Origin: an uncultured Gammaproteobacteria bacterium
GTDB lineage: Bacteria; Patescibacteriota; Microgenomatia; Daviesbacterales; UBA10151
DNA length: 64,000 nt
Reading direction: 5' to 3'
Assembly: GCA_964459095.1 (NCBI GenBank)
Contig: CAYWKL010000002.1
Coordinates: 2,858 to 66,857, forward strand
Positions within the stretch are counted from its first letter, which is position 1. Every line of letters begins with the position of its first letter. A program made the position numbers and the translations under genes. Positions 19,027-29,942 of the stretch are shown here, piece after piece. A model generated the notes under the pieces. That model saw only the letters and a program-made list of their open reading frames with translations, did not search any database and was not told the origin of the DNA.

Positions 19027-20856
19027 TTGTATTATCTGTATTACCTTGTTTCCAAAATGCATGAATCTGACTTTGCTTTGCAGTGGCTGGATTACCTAGG
19101 CAATGAAATATATAACAACGGAAAAAGGATATTTAAATATGAAGGCCAGCCCAAATACGATATTTCTAGGCTAATCAGCAGGATAAGGATTGGTGAGGAG
19201 CTTGGGTCTGAGAAGAATATAGAATACACATTTATGTCTTATTCTGAACTTCAGAAGGTGGGGTATGTTGTATTTGCCGGAACTGACCTTATCTGGAGGG
19301 AGAGGCAGCAGTATTATTACAAGCTAAAGAAGAGGGACAGGGACAGTGTAGGAATCAATGAAAAGGTCTTTGATAGGAAGCTTAAGGTTCAGCATGACCC
19401 CACAAACAGAAGAATTCGTTTGGTTGGGGAGGATGTGCTGCCACCACAAAAATCACCCATAAATTCAGGAGTAGGCCCCTGGATAGTTTACGACGCAGAT
19501 GCTCCAAAAGAAAGTGATACCCAGGCAAGAAGGGATTTCGCGCTCAGCAAGGAGGGAATCAGGGCATCCTTAAGGAAATGGCAGTATGGGGATAACAGCG
19601 AAGAAGCCGAATATGCTGAAATCAAGGAGCTTCCGATACTCCTGTCGGATGAAAAGTATATAGTATGCATACGGAAGAATATAGTATGCCAAAGGATTAT
19701 TGTGGTAGGGGAGCCGGGTTTTGGTAAATCAATTTGTTGCAACTCGCTTGCAGGAAGAATCTTCTATATATGGGAAGACAGAGTAGGGTGGCTCATTGAC
19801 CCGTTAAACCAGTTTAATGATATAAGCATGCCGCAGGCATTTGACAAGTTTAACAAGATAAATGCATTAATTAATAATGAGCCAAAGCCAATCCCGGCAA
19901 TTCAGTTGTATCTTGCATGTAAGCATAAAGTAGATATGAAAAATAAGGATATTAGCCTGCTGTTAACCTTAGATTTTCTGGAGTTTCTGAACAAATACAA
20001 ATTTTATACCTTTGGCATAAAGGATATGGATGTGGGAGACACTATAAGATACCTCATGGACTTTATTAAGGAGATAAAAGATGTTACTACTTCTGAGGAG
20101 ATAAGTGAGATAATGTTGGATAAGGTCCCAAATGCCCACAAGGATAAGGGAATGAAGGCTATGATATACAAATGGGCAAACACATTTGAGTATATATTTA
20201 AGGAGAAGTTTACTTCCAATATGTACTTGGATGACAAGAAAGCCGCCCATTCATTGCAGCTTAAGCTGAAAGATGGCACGGAGATGGAAGGCCACCCATT
20301 CATTATGTGCTATGAAGCAGGGTTAATTCCTGTTTTGAATATGTCAGCCGCGCGCCGCCAGAGATGGATAAGGAATTACCTTGCTGACCTTATGCAGAAG
20401 ATTGTAGCACATCAAAGCAATGTTCCTGAGGAAAGGAAGCACAGGGTGTGGATTATTGCTGACGAGCTGAATGAGATATATGAAATTGGAAAAAAGAAAG
20501 ACAATGCATTTTTAGCATTTGAAGAATTATTTAGGCAGGGAAGATTCAACAATATAGGGTTTATAGGGAATACGCAGTCTCTTGAAAAGCTGAATCCGGA
20601 GATGTACAAAAATGCAACACATATCTGCTGTGTTTATATGAAGGACTCAAAAGACAGGAAAAGGGTGGGGGATACTTACAATCTCGACAGGGAGGAATAT
20701 GACAAAATTGAGTCCCTCAAGGAGCAGGAGATGATGGTGTTCAGCAAGGAGCCTTTCATAACTTATGACAGGTGGGGCAAGAGGAGGGTTACAGACAGGA
20801 AATGGTTCAGGGGAAGGATACTGCCGCCTATAAACTTCCACAAGGTGCCGGGTTGA
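19027..20856 (+). CDS. HerA/FtsK/VirB4-superfamily P-loop ATPase (Walker A VVGEPGFGKS, Walker B WIIADELNE, downstream FIGNTQS sensor Gln).
   Basis: Motifs and wide Walker A-B spacing. The ORF-track start is TTG. A likely ATG start is 19057. Confidence 0.55.
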   Translation: MYYLYYLVSKMHESDFALQWLDYLGNEIYNNGKRIFKYEGQPKYDISRLISRIRIGEELGSEKNIEYTFMSYSELQKVGYVVFAGTDLIWRERQQYYYKLKKRDRDSVGINEKVFDRKLKVQHDPTNRRIRLVGEDVLPPQKSPINSGVGPWIVYDADAPKESDTQARRDFALSKEGIRASLRKWQYGDNSEEAEYAEIKELPILLSDEKYIVCIRKNIVCQRIIVVGEPGFGKSICCNSLAGRIFYIWEDRVGWLIDPLNQFNDISMPQAFDKFNKINALINNEPKPIPAIQLYLACKHKVDMKNKDISLLLTLDFLEFLNKYKFYTFGIKDMDVGDTIRYLMDFIKEIKDVTTSEEISEIMLDKVPNAHKDKGMKAMIYKWANTFEYIFKEKFTSNMYLDDKKAAHSLQLKLKDGTEMEGHPFIMCYEAGLIPVLNMSAARRQRWIRNYLADLMQKIVAHQSNVPEERKHRVWIIADELNEIYEIGKKKDNAFLAFEELFRQGRFNNIGFIGNTQSLEKLNPEMYKNATHICCVYMKDSKDRKRVGDTYNLDREEYDKIESLKEQEMMVFSKEPFITYDRWGKRRVTDRKWFRGRILPPINFHKVPG

Positions 20857-20902
20857 AAAAATTAAAAGATATAACAGACCTTAAAAATTTTGGTTAAGAG
20901 GT

Positions 20903-21655
20903 GTGTGTAAAATGTGGAAAAAAATAATACTAATTAATTTGTTGGTGTTTACCCTGTTGATAGGTGTAGTTAGTGCAATATGCACAGATAGTGATGGTGG
21001 AATAAATTATAACGTGAAAGGTGCAACAAAAAGTGCCTATACTACTGGAATAGATAGATGTAGCGGTTATTCACTAAAGGAATATTATTGTAATAGGGGA
21101 GTAGTAAAATATAAAAATTATTTATGCCCTTATGGATGCACTAATGGTGTTTGTAAAAGTAAATATGTATGTGGGGATAATATTATAAATCAATTAGGTG
21201 AACAGTGTGATAATGGAGTAAACAACGGAATATTATGTTCACCATTTTATGGCACATTTTGTGATTATTGCAGTACTTCTTGTAAACTAACCAAAGTATA
21301 TGGAAGTTATTGTGGTGATGGAGTAGTTGATTCATCATACGAAACTTGTGATGATGGCAACAATGTAAATGGTGACGGATGCAGCTCAGCATGCCAGACA
21401 GAAATAAATTATGATGGGTTATGTGTAACTAATGGATACTTTGGTGAACAGCAGCAGGAAGCAGAGCAATTTTGTAGTTCAATAAGTAGCATATATGATT
21501 GTGGTTATAGTGAATTTTGTAAATGGGTTGACCTTAGGCATTGCACAGCGAATGGAGAGTTTGGAAGCCAGCAGCAGGAGATAGAACAATTTTGCAATTC
21601 TATGGATATCATACAAAGTTGTAATGATAATATTGAATTTTGCAAGTGGGGTTGA
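20903..21655 (+). CDS. Secreted Cys-rich protein with Myxococcus-type cysteine-rich repeats (CGDGVVDSSYETCDDGNNVNGDGCSSACQ) and a C-terminal tandem about 40-aa repeat (...EQQQEAEQFC...CKW).
   Basis: Motif and internal repeat visible in the sequence. Confidence 0.6.
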   Translation: MCKMWKKIILINLLVFTLLIGVVSAICTDSDGGINYNVKGATKSAYTTGIDRCSGYSLKEYYCNRGVVKYKNYLCPYGCTNGVCKSKYVCGDNIINQLGEQCDNGVNNGILCSPFYGTFCDYCSTSCKLTKVYGSYCGDGVVDSSYETCDDGNNVNGDGCSSACQTEINYDGLCVTNGYFGEQQQEAEQFCSSISSIYDCGYSEFCKWVDLRHCTANGEFGSQQQEIEQFCNSMDIIQSCNDNIEFCKWG

Positions 21656-22120
21656 TGAAAGATGTTGGTAATAATAAAACTTAAAGGAGGAAACTAAAAT
21701 GGCAAACCCAATAGATATATTACAGAAGGAAATTGAAGAGAAAGAGAGCAAGTTAAAGCAGGCAAAAGAAGAAGTCAAGCAAATCAGGGAAGACATCAAA
21801 AAAAAGAGGCTGCTAATACTGGATATAACCAGGGCGATGAAGCGTGGAGAACCTGATGTTAAGGAACAGAGTTAACAAGGTGATTGATGATAGAATTAGC
21901 CATCACTCCTTGCACAACGAACCCTGTAAAGACAGCAAGATTGATGAGCTGAAAATATTGAAATTGATATTAAGGGATAGGCTGGGATGAATAATAAAAA
22001 ATGCCCATTTTGCGGCGGTAAACTGATTAATAGAAAAAATGTTACATTCAGAGTAGGAACTATGATACTTGGTTCAGTAACATTCAAAGGAAGATTGGTA
22101 TGTTCAGAATGTAAATCTGT

Positions 22121-22603
22121 ATGTTTAAGGAGGTAGGCAAGATGGAAAACAAATATTTTAAGGTAAGTTATCAGGGTGTTAAAGGGGTCATTACATTTGT
22201 ATTGTTTGTAGTAATTGCTATTATTGTTATCGGTAATTATAAAGAACTTATTGTTAACTTTCAAATTAAGGATATTGTATCTGTGTCAGAACCCAACATA
22301 GTGATTATAATACTATTTATAGGGATGTATGCTGGAATTTATTTGGCATACATAATTATTAAATGGTGTGTTGGAATATTATATAAAACTTTTAATCATG
22401 AAAAATGGTATAAAACATTAACTCATGACATAATTAAATTTTCAGTTACGATATCACAGTATGAATCAATCAAAAACAATAAGATATTCTTTACTAAATA
22501 TCCGAATGACCCAAAGCCGGTATTTAGTTATAGGGAGTTAGAAAAATGGGCAGAAAGGATAATCAGCAAAGAATTGAAAAAATTAGGAGGCAAAACAAAA
22601 TGA
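22121..22603 (+). CDS. Membrane protein.
   Basis: ORF track. Confidence 0.45.
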   Translation: MFKEVGKMENKYFKVSYQGVKGVITFVLFVVIAIIVIGNYKELIVNFQIKDIVSVSEPNIVIIILFIGMYAGIYLAYIIIKWCVGILYKTFNHEKWYKTLTHDIIKFSVTISQYESIKNNKIFFTKYPNDPKPVFSYRELEKWAERIISKELKKLGGKTK

Positions 22604-22881
22604 AAAAAGGATATGTAAAGTCAAACTGGGCTCCTATGGTTATAGTTGCATTGTTTGCTATAGGAACAGCATATTCAGGGGATTTCTGGATTGGAGTGCT
22701 AACACTCTTTGTGGCAGGAACATTGGTATACGGTTATATAAAGTTTGATGAAGACGAGAAAATGCACGATGAATGGTGGAATGCCTTAAGCAAGGATGAA
22801 AAAAGAGAGGTATACGGGAAAATTGCAGATTTTGCAAAAGATAAGTTTAAAGAAGAAGTGTACGGGGAAGGAAAAGCATGA
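22546..22881 (+). CDS. Small two-TM protein (true start probably the internal Met near 22601).
   Basis: ORF track. Confidence 0.4.
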   Translation: MGRKDNQQRIEKIRRQNKMKKGYVKSNWAPMVIVALFAIGTAYSGDFWIGVLTLFVAGTLVYGYIKFDEDEKMHDEWWNALSKDEKREVYGKIADFAKDKFKEEVYGEGKA

Positions 22882-23786
22882 AGACACTATTTTTGATTGT
22901 CCTGCTGGCTGTATTGCTTCCGTCAGTGCTTGCTGCAGATTTAAGAGTGGATGACATCAGGGGATTTGTAGGTAATGAAAGGGCCTCTGATGTAGACGAG
23001 GACGGCGGTGATTTTGACGTGCATCGCGGAGACATAATAGATTTGGTTGTATCACTGGAAAACAACGGCAACGAGACGATACAGGCAAAGCTGAAAGGCA
23101 CTATTGAGAATATAAACAGGGGGGATGACATCACAAAAGAACAGGACTTTTATGACATAGCCAAGGATGATACAAGGTCAAAGACATTATCCTTCTCAAT
23201 ACCTTCCGATGCAAGAAATGATATTTATGATATGGATTTAAAGATATTCTTCAGGAGGAGCAATGGCACAGAAGGCACTGTTGATGAAGTGCAGTATAAT
23301 GTGGTGGTAAGCGTATCGCAGGGGCAGGATGAGATTACAAGCAAAGACATTGACGGAATAATACTAAATTTAACTTCAAGCTGCAATTCAATAGCCGCAA
23401 CCACGAATACATGCTTTGGCTATATTGAAAAATCCAATACATGCTCCAACGAGCTGTCAACAGTAAAGGAGGAGAGAGGAGCATTCCAGCAGAAATCCAA
23501 TGACTGCGAATCTTCATTAGGCAGCGTCAGGTCAGAGAAAGCCGAGGTAGAGCAGCAGAAGGCAAGCATTGAAAGCCAGATGAATTCAATGATAACGCAG
23601 ATGCAGTGCAGCAACCAGACTGCCTTCGCAATCTCATCAGTAAGAAATGAGAATGACAGCAAGTTCAACCAGACACTCCTGATGATAGGCGGAGCTGCTG
23701 TAGCATATTGGTATTACAACGACAGGAAGAAAAGGAAGGCATCCGTCTTAAGCTCATATCAGTCAGATTATTATGAGAAGGCATAA
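22878..23786 (+). CDS. Surface protein with signal peptide, coiled-coil/Cys region and a C-terminal TM anchor followed by a basic tail (KKRK).
   Basis: ORF track. Confidence 0.5.
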   Translation: MKTLFLIVLLAVLLPSVLAADLRVDDIRGFVGNERASDVDEDGGDFDVHRGDIIDLVVSLENNGNETIQAKLKGTIENINRGDDITKEQDFYDIAKDDTRSKTLSFSIPSDARNDIYDMDLKIFFRRSNGTEGTVDEVQYNVVVSVSQGQDEITSKDIDGIILNLTSSCNSIAATTNTCFGYIEKSNTCSNELSTVKEERGAFQQKSNDCESSLGSVRSEKAEVEQQKASIESQMNSMITQMQCSNQTAFAISSVRNENDSKFNQTLLMIGGAAVAYWYYNDRKKRKASVLSSYQSDYYEKA

Positions 23787-24215
23787 GCAATGCGAAAGGT
23801 ATTTAATTTTTCATTTGTAATCACCCCCAATGTGATAAAATGATTCTTATATACCTCGCAAGATTGCTATCCTTTGGTTATACTTAAGTTTGAGATTTCA
23901 CGATGATAAAACACATGGCGATAGGAAACATAAGATATGGAAATCCAGAAGGAGAATCCTATCTTTGTAATCCAGTTCCTTATGCTAATCTAAATAAATT
24001 AGAGTATAGCTGGGAAAAGGTTACTTGTAAGAAATGTCTTAAAAAGAAACCTAAAAATGGCAAACATTGACTTATTGCAGGGGATTATGAACGGCTTTGC
24101 TGCCGGATTAGGCGCTGGCATCGCAAACTGGCTGCTAATCAAAAGGCTGGAAATTATAGAAAAAAAGATACAGAACAAAGTAAATAATAAAATAAATAAT
24201 TAGCAATGAAACCAA

Positions 24216-24743
24216 ATGCCAAGAACGGAACCGTTCGGAGTAGTGAAACTTAAAGGGATACTGTTTGGAGACGATAATTGGGGCACCGTGCTTGATGAAG
24301 AGCCGCCATACAAAAATAAGAAAGGGATAGAGATGAAAAAATACCTTGTGATTCCCGGAGAGCATCTTATGAAGCAGTTTCCCCAGCTGCAGAAGCCCGG
24401 AGCGCTGACCTACAAGAATACTGCATTGTGGGTGGAGTATCCTACATATTGGGTGAGTGACGATAATCCGTCAAGGACCAACGCGATTGCAAGGATTGAC
24501 TGCGGGTTTGACGGGAGGGAAACACAGCAGACTAAGAGATTTAAGAGGTATACTGATGAGATAAAAACGCTGAGGGAAGAGCTTGATAATACAATAATAA
24601 GCAATATGCACCTTACTGAAGAGAACAAATCGCTGCTTGGCGGCAAGAAAGAGATAATAAAGGAGGTGGTTGAGATGGTTACACAGATAAGGGGAATCAA
24701 AAGCTATGAGCCGGGTGAGGGTTATGAGCATAGAGAAGAATAA
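24216..24743 (+). CDS. Hypothetical protein.
   Basis: ORF track. Confidence 0.45.
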   Translation: MPRTEPFGVVKLKGILFGDDNWGTVLDEEPPYKNKKGIEMKKYLVIPGEHLMKQFPQLQKPGALTYKNTALWVEYPTYWVSDDNPSRTNAIARIDCGFDGRETQQTKRFKRYTDEIKTLREELDNTIISNMHLTEENKSLLGGKKEIIKEVVEMVTQIRGIKSYEPGEGYEHREE

Positions 24744-25209
24744 GTTTAACTGGAAATTGGTGGGAATATCGCTTGCAATAATAGTTGTGCTTTATTTTAC
24801 ATTGTCATTTGTAATTGCAAAGAATAAGCAGCATCCGAAAGAAACAGTATACTGCTATTTCAACGCTTCCATTAATGACAGCGTTCCAAGGGATGAATGC
24901 GGAATATTAAAAATAGTATCGAGGGATATCCAAAAGGAAGAGATAGATGAGTTTAACAGGTTCGGCAAGTGCTCCAAATTGCTTGATGAGCTTCCGAAAT
25001 GCGGGGGCGAAACATATCTTTTCAGCAAGTATAATTTGAAGGAGTTCTGCAAAGAGCCTGGCTGCAATGTTGATGGAGTTATATGCAGCGCATTCTTCAT
25101 AAATTACCACAATGAAAGCGAGTACAGAAAGATGTATGAGGAAAGCTTCACAGAATCAAGCATAACATCAGGAGAAAGTTTAATGAAAATGATTGACAAG
25201 TGCAGGTAG
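24706..25209 (+). CDS. Single-TM Cys-rich protein.
   Basis: ORF track. Confidence 0.45.
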   Translation: MSRVRVMSIEKNKFNWKLVGISLAIIVVLYFTLSFVIAKNKQHPKETVYCYFNASINDSVPRDECGILKIVSRDIQKEEIDEFNRFGKCSKLLDELPKCGGETYLFSKYNLKEFCKEPGCNVDGVICSAFFINYHNESEYRKMYEESFTESSITSGESLMKMIDKCR

Positions 25210-25338
25210 ATGCAGTGCGAAAAGGTTGGTTCCTCGCCGTAAAATCATGCCATTATCATTAGTGGCGTTGGTTATCCTCGCTAATCTTGTCTTTTAACAA
25301 AAATCAATAGAAGTGATTAAGATGAGATAAAAAATAAA

Positions 25339-25629
25339 ATGCAGGATGAAAGGAGTTTTATGGATATTGAGGATGTAACATTAATAACCAATAAGATTGA
25401 AGGCGCCGTTAAATTTATTTTGATTTACACCCACAGGTATGCTGGATTATGGTGCATCATTATGGGGTATGTTGTGTTGTTTGCATTAATGGCATTTGGG
25501 CCTATACTAAATTTTGACACTTTGAGGGCAGTTGGAATTCTAATCACAGCAGCAGTAGTGATAATTTCAATTTTTGCTGAAGAAAAATTTCAAAGGGATA
25601 TTTACAGAAGCTTTGGAGTTTGGTGGTGA
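25339..25629 (+). CDS. Small membrane protein.
   Basis: ORF track. Confidence 0.4.
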   Translation: MQDERSFMDIEDVTLITNKIEGAVKFILIYTHRYAGLWCIIMGYVVLFALMAFGPILNFDTLRAVGILITAAVVIISIFAEEKFQRDIYRSFGVWW

Positions 25630-26331
25630 TTGATGGGAGAATATTTTAAGGATGAGTCTAAAAAGGAGAAGCCTGCCCAGGAAGCTGTTCTTATTACAGA
25701 CTTCAATGTTTTATGTTCAACGTATGATATGGTTGTTAACAGGATTCAGGAAACCACAGGCCAGGGCTACGAAGCTATTTTACCTATAAGGGCGGAGCTG
25801 AGCGGAACCGGAAAGAGTCCGGAAGACACCGGACAGATTGGCGAGCTGAAAAAAGGAATACGAAATTCAAGAATATACAGGACAGATATGGGGATTACTA
25901 TGTGGAACGCCCTGAAGAATATAGAGGATTTGGACAGATGGTCTGAAAGATATGCCCAGTACCTTGAAGAGCATATGGATGGGCTTAAGCTGATAATAAA
26001 AAGCGCGTTCAGCATTATAGACGGTTTGAACAAGAAAATTATTGAATTAAATTTAGAGATACGCAGGATGAATGACAGGCTTGTAGCGCAAACAGATGTG
26101 ATGCCTATCTCAGTGACCTCCAGTGAATTTGAGTCAGACGCTAAAAAATTTCGCACGCAGCTTATAGAGGGGATTAAAAAATATGAGGATGCAAAGAGGG
26201 CTAATGACACGAATGCCATAAAAACCGTGCAGGCAAAAATATTTGAAATCTGCAAGGATGATTATGTGAAGTGGGAAATTGCCCAGAAAGAGATGGCATC
26301 GGCTGATAAAAGGGTGCTCAAACGACCATAA
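25630..26331 (+). CDS. Hypothetical coiled-coil protein.
   Basis: ORF track. Confidence 0.5.
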   Translation: MMGEYFKDESKKEKPAQEAVLITDFNVLCSTYDMVVNRIQETTGQGYEAILPIRAELSGTGKSPEDTGQIGELKKGIRNSRIYRTDMGITMWNALKNIEDLDRWSERYAQYLEEHMDGLKLIIKSAFSIIDGLNKKIIELNLEIRRMNDRLVAQTDVMPISVTSSEFESDAKKFRTQLIEGIKKYEDAKRANDTNAIKTVQAKIFEICKDDYVKWEIAQKEMASADKRVLKRP

Positions 26332-26572
26332 TGTACTATAAATCCCCGTTAAACCACGTCATACCCAACTACTTGACCAAAAAAAATTGAAAAAATGATT
26401 GTAAAGAATAATATAAAATATTAAAAATATATTAATTTAACTAAAAGGTGTGAGGATTACTTGAAATATATAAGTATTGCTTAAAAGTTTTAAGCGTATT
26501 AGCCAATTGAATAATAATGGTTGTGGTATATATGTTAGAGTGTGTAAACTTGTTTAAATAAGTTTAATCAAA

Positions 26573-26890
26573 ATGCACAATCTTGCGAAAAAAGAAACAT
26601 CGGAACATGCAGTAAAGAGGGCTATCAAAAAAATGTTAAGTGACAAGCATGCCATGGAAGTTATGGTCCAAATGACAAAAATATTTTGGAAACTGAATGA
26701 TGAGGAAAGGATGGCGCTGATGGACTACCATAAGATAATTGAAGATAACGCGCGATGGGAGATGCTTGTAAGATTGTTTAGTAAATTAATCTTAGTGATG
26801 CATGAAGAAGAATTTAGGCAGTTTGAGAAAGAACTGCGGAAAGAGTATGACGGCAAAAATGTGCAATTCAAAAACAAAATTAAAAAATGA
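26573..26890 (+). CDS. Hypothetical small protein.
   Basis: ORF track. Confidence 0.4.
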   Translation: MHNLAKKETSEHAVKRAIKKMLSDKHAMEVMVQMTKIFWKLNDEERMALMDYHKIIEDNARWEMLVRLFSKLILVMHEEEFRQFEKELRKEYDGKNVQFKNKIKK

Positions 26891-26960
26891 ATTAAATTTA
26901 TTGAAATAACTTCAATTTTATGAAAGAAAAAAAGCATCAATAGAAAAGAGAATATAAATT

Positions 26961-27284
26961 TTGAGGAAGATGAGATACAAAAAAAGCAACTGGAATAAAT
27001 ATTTTGACGGCAGCTGCAAGAAAACAACTATCAGGCTGAAGCCATGCAAGATAAAGAATCACAAGTGCTGGGCAGGAAGCTACTTCCATCCTGAATTGCT
27101 GGGCGCTCATGATATTGTGAAGGTTGTGCGCAGCAAATTCAGCAGGCTTACAGAAGATGACGCCATGAATGACGGATTCAAAACTCTTGAAGAGCTGAAG
27201 ATAGAACTAAAAATATTAAACTCAAAAATAAATCCTAAAACTGATGTTTACATCCACTGGATAGACAATATTAAAAAGGTATAA
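26961..27284 (+). CDS. Hypothetical small protein.
   Basis: ORF track. Confidence 0.4.
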   Translation: MRKMRYKKSNWNKYFDGSCKKTTIRLKPCKIKNHKCWAGSYFHPELLGAHDIVKVVRSKFSRLTEDDAMNDGFKTLEELKIELKILNSKINPKTDVYIHWIDNIKKV

Positions 27285-27285
27285 A

Positions 27286-27954
27286 TTGAAAGACGACAAC
27301 ATTGAGCTGCTTGAGTTAAACCAAAAATCCGACCTGTTGGCAGTTCAATGCCAATGCCCCATAGACGGCGATAAATACATTCACGGCGTCCCTTACGTGA
27401 TGGTGCCCTGCGGCAAATGCAGCAACACTTACAGGACAGATTTCGCGCAGGACATCTACACAAAAAAAGCCAGGCATCTTATTCAAAAGCTGGCATATGC
27501 AAATGGGGTGGTGGTGAGGGCAGATGAAAAATATGAATCATCCTTAACTCATATGAGGCAGCATTTCATAGAAATGCATTGCTGGGATGTGTCTGAAATT
27601 GAAAAAAGCAATGAGGAGTATAGTATGTGCCGGAGCTGCGGGATATGTTTTAATTGTTATACATGCAGCTCGTGCAGTGAGCATTTCCAGAGGAATATAA
27701 ACAGAAGAAAGCAGGCCTGCCCAAAATGCAAATCCGATAAATTTAATAAAAGCCATTTTAGTGATGTTGCAACAAATGAAAAAAAAATAAAATTATGCCC
27801 TTACTGCAAGTCAGAAAAAATAAGCATGACGAGGACAAAAAACAAGACAATGTGCCACGTATGCAGTTCAAAAAATTTGTCAGACAAAAAAACCAATATA
27901 ATTTATGAGTTCAGGATAGACAGGAAGAAAGCCTACAGGAGGGAGAATGTTTAG
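27286..27954 (+). CDS. Multi-zinc-ribbon protein (at least 5 CxxC pairs).
   Basis: ORF track. Cys spacing. Confidence 0.5.
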   Translation: MKDDNIELLELNQKSDLLAVQCQCPIDGDKYIHGVPYVMVPCGKCSNTYRTDFAQDIYTKKARHLIQKLAYANGVVVRADEKYESSLTHMRQHFIEMHCWDVSEIEKSNEEYSMCRSCGICFNCYTCSSCSEHFQRNINRRKQACPKCKSDKFNKSHFSDVATNEKKIKLCPYCKSEKISMTRTKNKTMCHVCSSKNLSDKKTNIIYEFRIDRKKAYRRENV

Positions 27955-28142
27955 GATAGTCAAGTGGAATCTGTTGGATAACGACCAGAAAAGAGAGATA
28001 TTGTTAAAAGAAGGAATTACAATAATTGGTGGGTTAGGTGTATTGATATTTTTGTGGGTAACGAGTTCATGGCTCGCAGGGATAATTGGGGGAGTTTCAT
28101 TGTGGGCAATGACAAGATTTTGGTGATGAAGGAAGGATAAAA

Positions 28143-28361
28143 ATGTATAATCATACAATCCTAATCAACATAAACCGGGAGGTTATTGAAATCCCGGTAG
28201 ACGAGTGCTTTATGTGCGGGAGCAATGTGTGCATCACCAAGCATTACGTGATTCCAAAAGAGTATGCACCAATGCGGAATGTTGCAATGCCTTTATGTGA
28301 AAAGCATAAGGATGCAACACATTATTTTTATAAGAGGGCTGTAACACTTAAAAATGTTTGA
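28143..28361 (+). CDS. Small Zn-ribbon protein.
   Basis: ORF track. Confidence 0.4.
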   Translation: MYNHTILININREVIEIPVDECFMCGSNVCITKHYVIPKEYAPMRNVAMPLCEKHKDATHYFYKRAVTLKNV

Positions 28362-28471
28362 AACTAAAACCTGCGACATATGCGGAAAGGATAAGGATGT
28401 GCAAGAGTTCAGCGAAGAGCATAAGTTCATTGAAACCAACACAGAGGAAGAAGTAAACATATGTATGGAGT

Positions 28472-29167
28472 GTGAATAAAATTTTTATAAGAAAAAATGC
28501 GGATGGAGATTGGTATGTTTGCAGAAATACAAAGGCAGGCCACAAGAGGAGTGGAAATGTCAAAGGCTCAACAAGAGACTGGTGGCTGGTTAAACATGGC
28601 TCGGGATTATCGCAGTTTATCTGCTATTTTAAGAAGGATTCATCTATTTATTGCCCAAAAGAATTTATCGGCAAGAGAGTCAGATTAAAAGTAGAGATAT
28701 TAAAATGACTACGGAAGAAATAGAAATGATAAGGTATTGTTGTGATACTGGACCAAGATTAGATTGTTGGGAAGTAGAAGATTATGAACACGATGAAGAT
28801 GCTGAAGAAGATGGTTGGATTACAAACGGCAAAGAAAACCTGTGCCCTTACTGCGCTTCAAAGGAGAAAAATGATTAAAGAGCAAGACTATAAAAAATTG
28901 TATGTAAAAACACAAAAGCAGATGGATTACTTTGTCAAGCATAAAAGGTTCCACAATCATCAGTGCAAATACTGCAGGGAAGATTATAATGAGATAGTTT
29001 CATTGACAAATAAAATAAGAAACATGAAGATAAGAAAAAATCTTGCTGGATTATGGAGAACACTGTGGATTAACGGCTGCAATGATTTTGATATAATCTT
29101 GTATGAAACTGATTGGGATTTGCTGAGGGAAGAATGCTTGCCAATACACAGGAAAAGGAGGATATAA
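28472..29167 (+). CDS. Cluster of three overlapping small ORFs (28472..28708, 28651..28878, 28784..29167), Cys-containing. True starts are probably internal Mets. Hypothetical.
   Basis: ORF track. Overlaps suggest shorter real genes. Confidence 0.3.
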
Positions 29168-29359
29168 ACAAATGATACACAAGCCATTTTATGACGAGGA
29201 AGATTACCGGGTGGTTATGAAACTGCTGAATGGAATGAGAGTTCCAGACGAAGAAAGGGAAAGAGTGTTCACAAGGCAATTATTTTTAGAAGGTATAACT
29301 GATAATCAAAACAGAGGGTAAGATGGCAAATTTGAATCTACTGAACACCCCCAACGTGT

Positions 29360-29629
29360 TTGTATTTCTATTATGCCATCTGCCCGTTTAAGATAAAAAT
29401 GATTAGGCAGGAGCTTTATGCGGACTTGGTGATACTTATAGGTGTAGGAGTGCTATTGATATTTATGTATGGCTTTGACATCAAGGAGCTGGTTAAAAGG
29501 CTACTGGAATGGACGTTTGTAGCGATTGGATTTAAGCTACTTATTGATTATGGTGCGTTACCTAAGCTGAGGGAGAGGATGATAAAGCGGGAAGAAAATA
29601 ATAAAAATGATTTTAGCAGCATAAGATAG
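29360..29629 (+). CDS. Small membrane protein.
   Basis: ORF track. Confidence 0.4.
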   Translation: MYFYYAICPFKIKMIRQELYADLVILIGVGVLLIFMYGFDIKELVKRLLEWTFVAIGFKLLIDYGALPKLRERMIKREENNKNDFSSIR

Positions 29630-29646
29630 GTAGGTACATAAACATT

Positions 29647-29937
29647 ATGACAAAATCAACAATTGGGCAGGAACTTGGAAAGTCCGTCCCAAAGATAGAT
29701 TTAAGAAAAGAAGAAGGAAGTTATTTATGTGACGATGATTACGAAGGGAATGGAAGCTTATTTGTAACTGTTGACAATGTTAAGGAAATAATTCAAAATA
29801 CAATCAAAGAAGCGGAGAGGAGGATTAACAGAGAGAAAGAAGAATTCACAATGTCATTGGGTTTAAAAGTTGGAAAGGATTATAATGATGGTTTGAAAAA
29901 ATCAATACGGATAATTAAAGATTGCTTTAAGGTATAA
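29647..29937 (+). CDS. Hypothetical small protein.
   Basis: ORF track. Confidence 0.4.
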   Translation: MTKSTIGQELGKSVPKIDLRKEEGSYLCDDDYEGNGSLFVTVDNVKEIIQNTIKEAERRINREKEEFTMSLGLKVGKDYNDGLKKSIRIIKDCFKV

Positions 29938-29942
29938 ACAAA

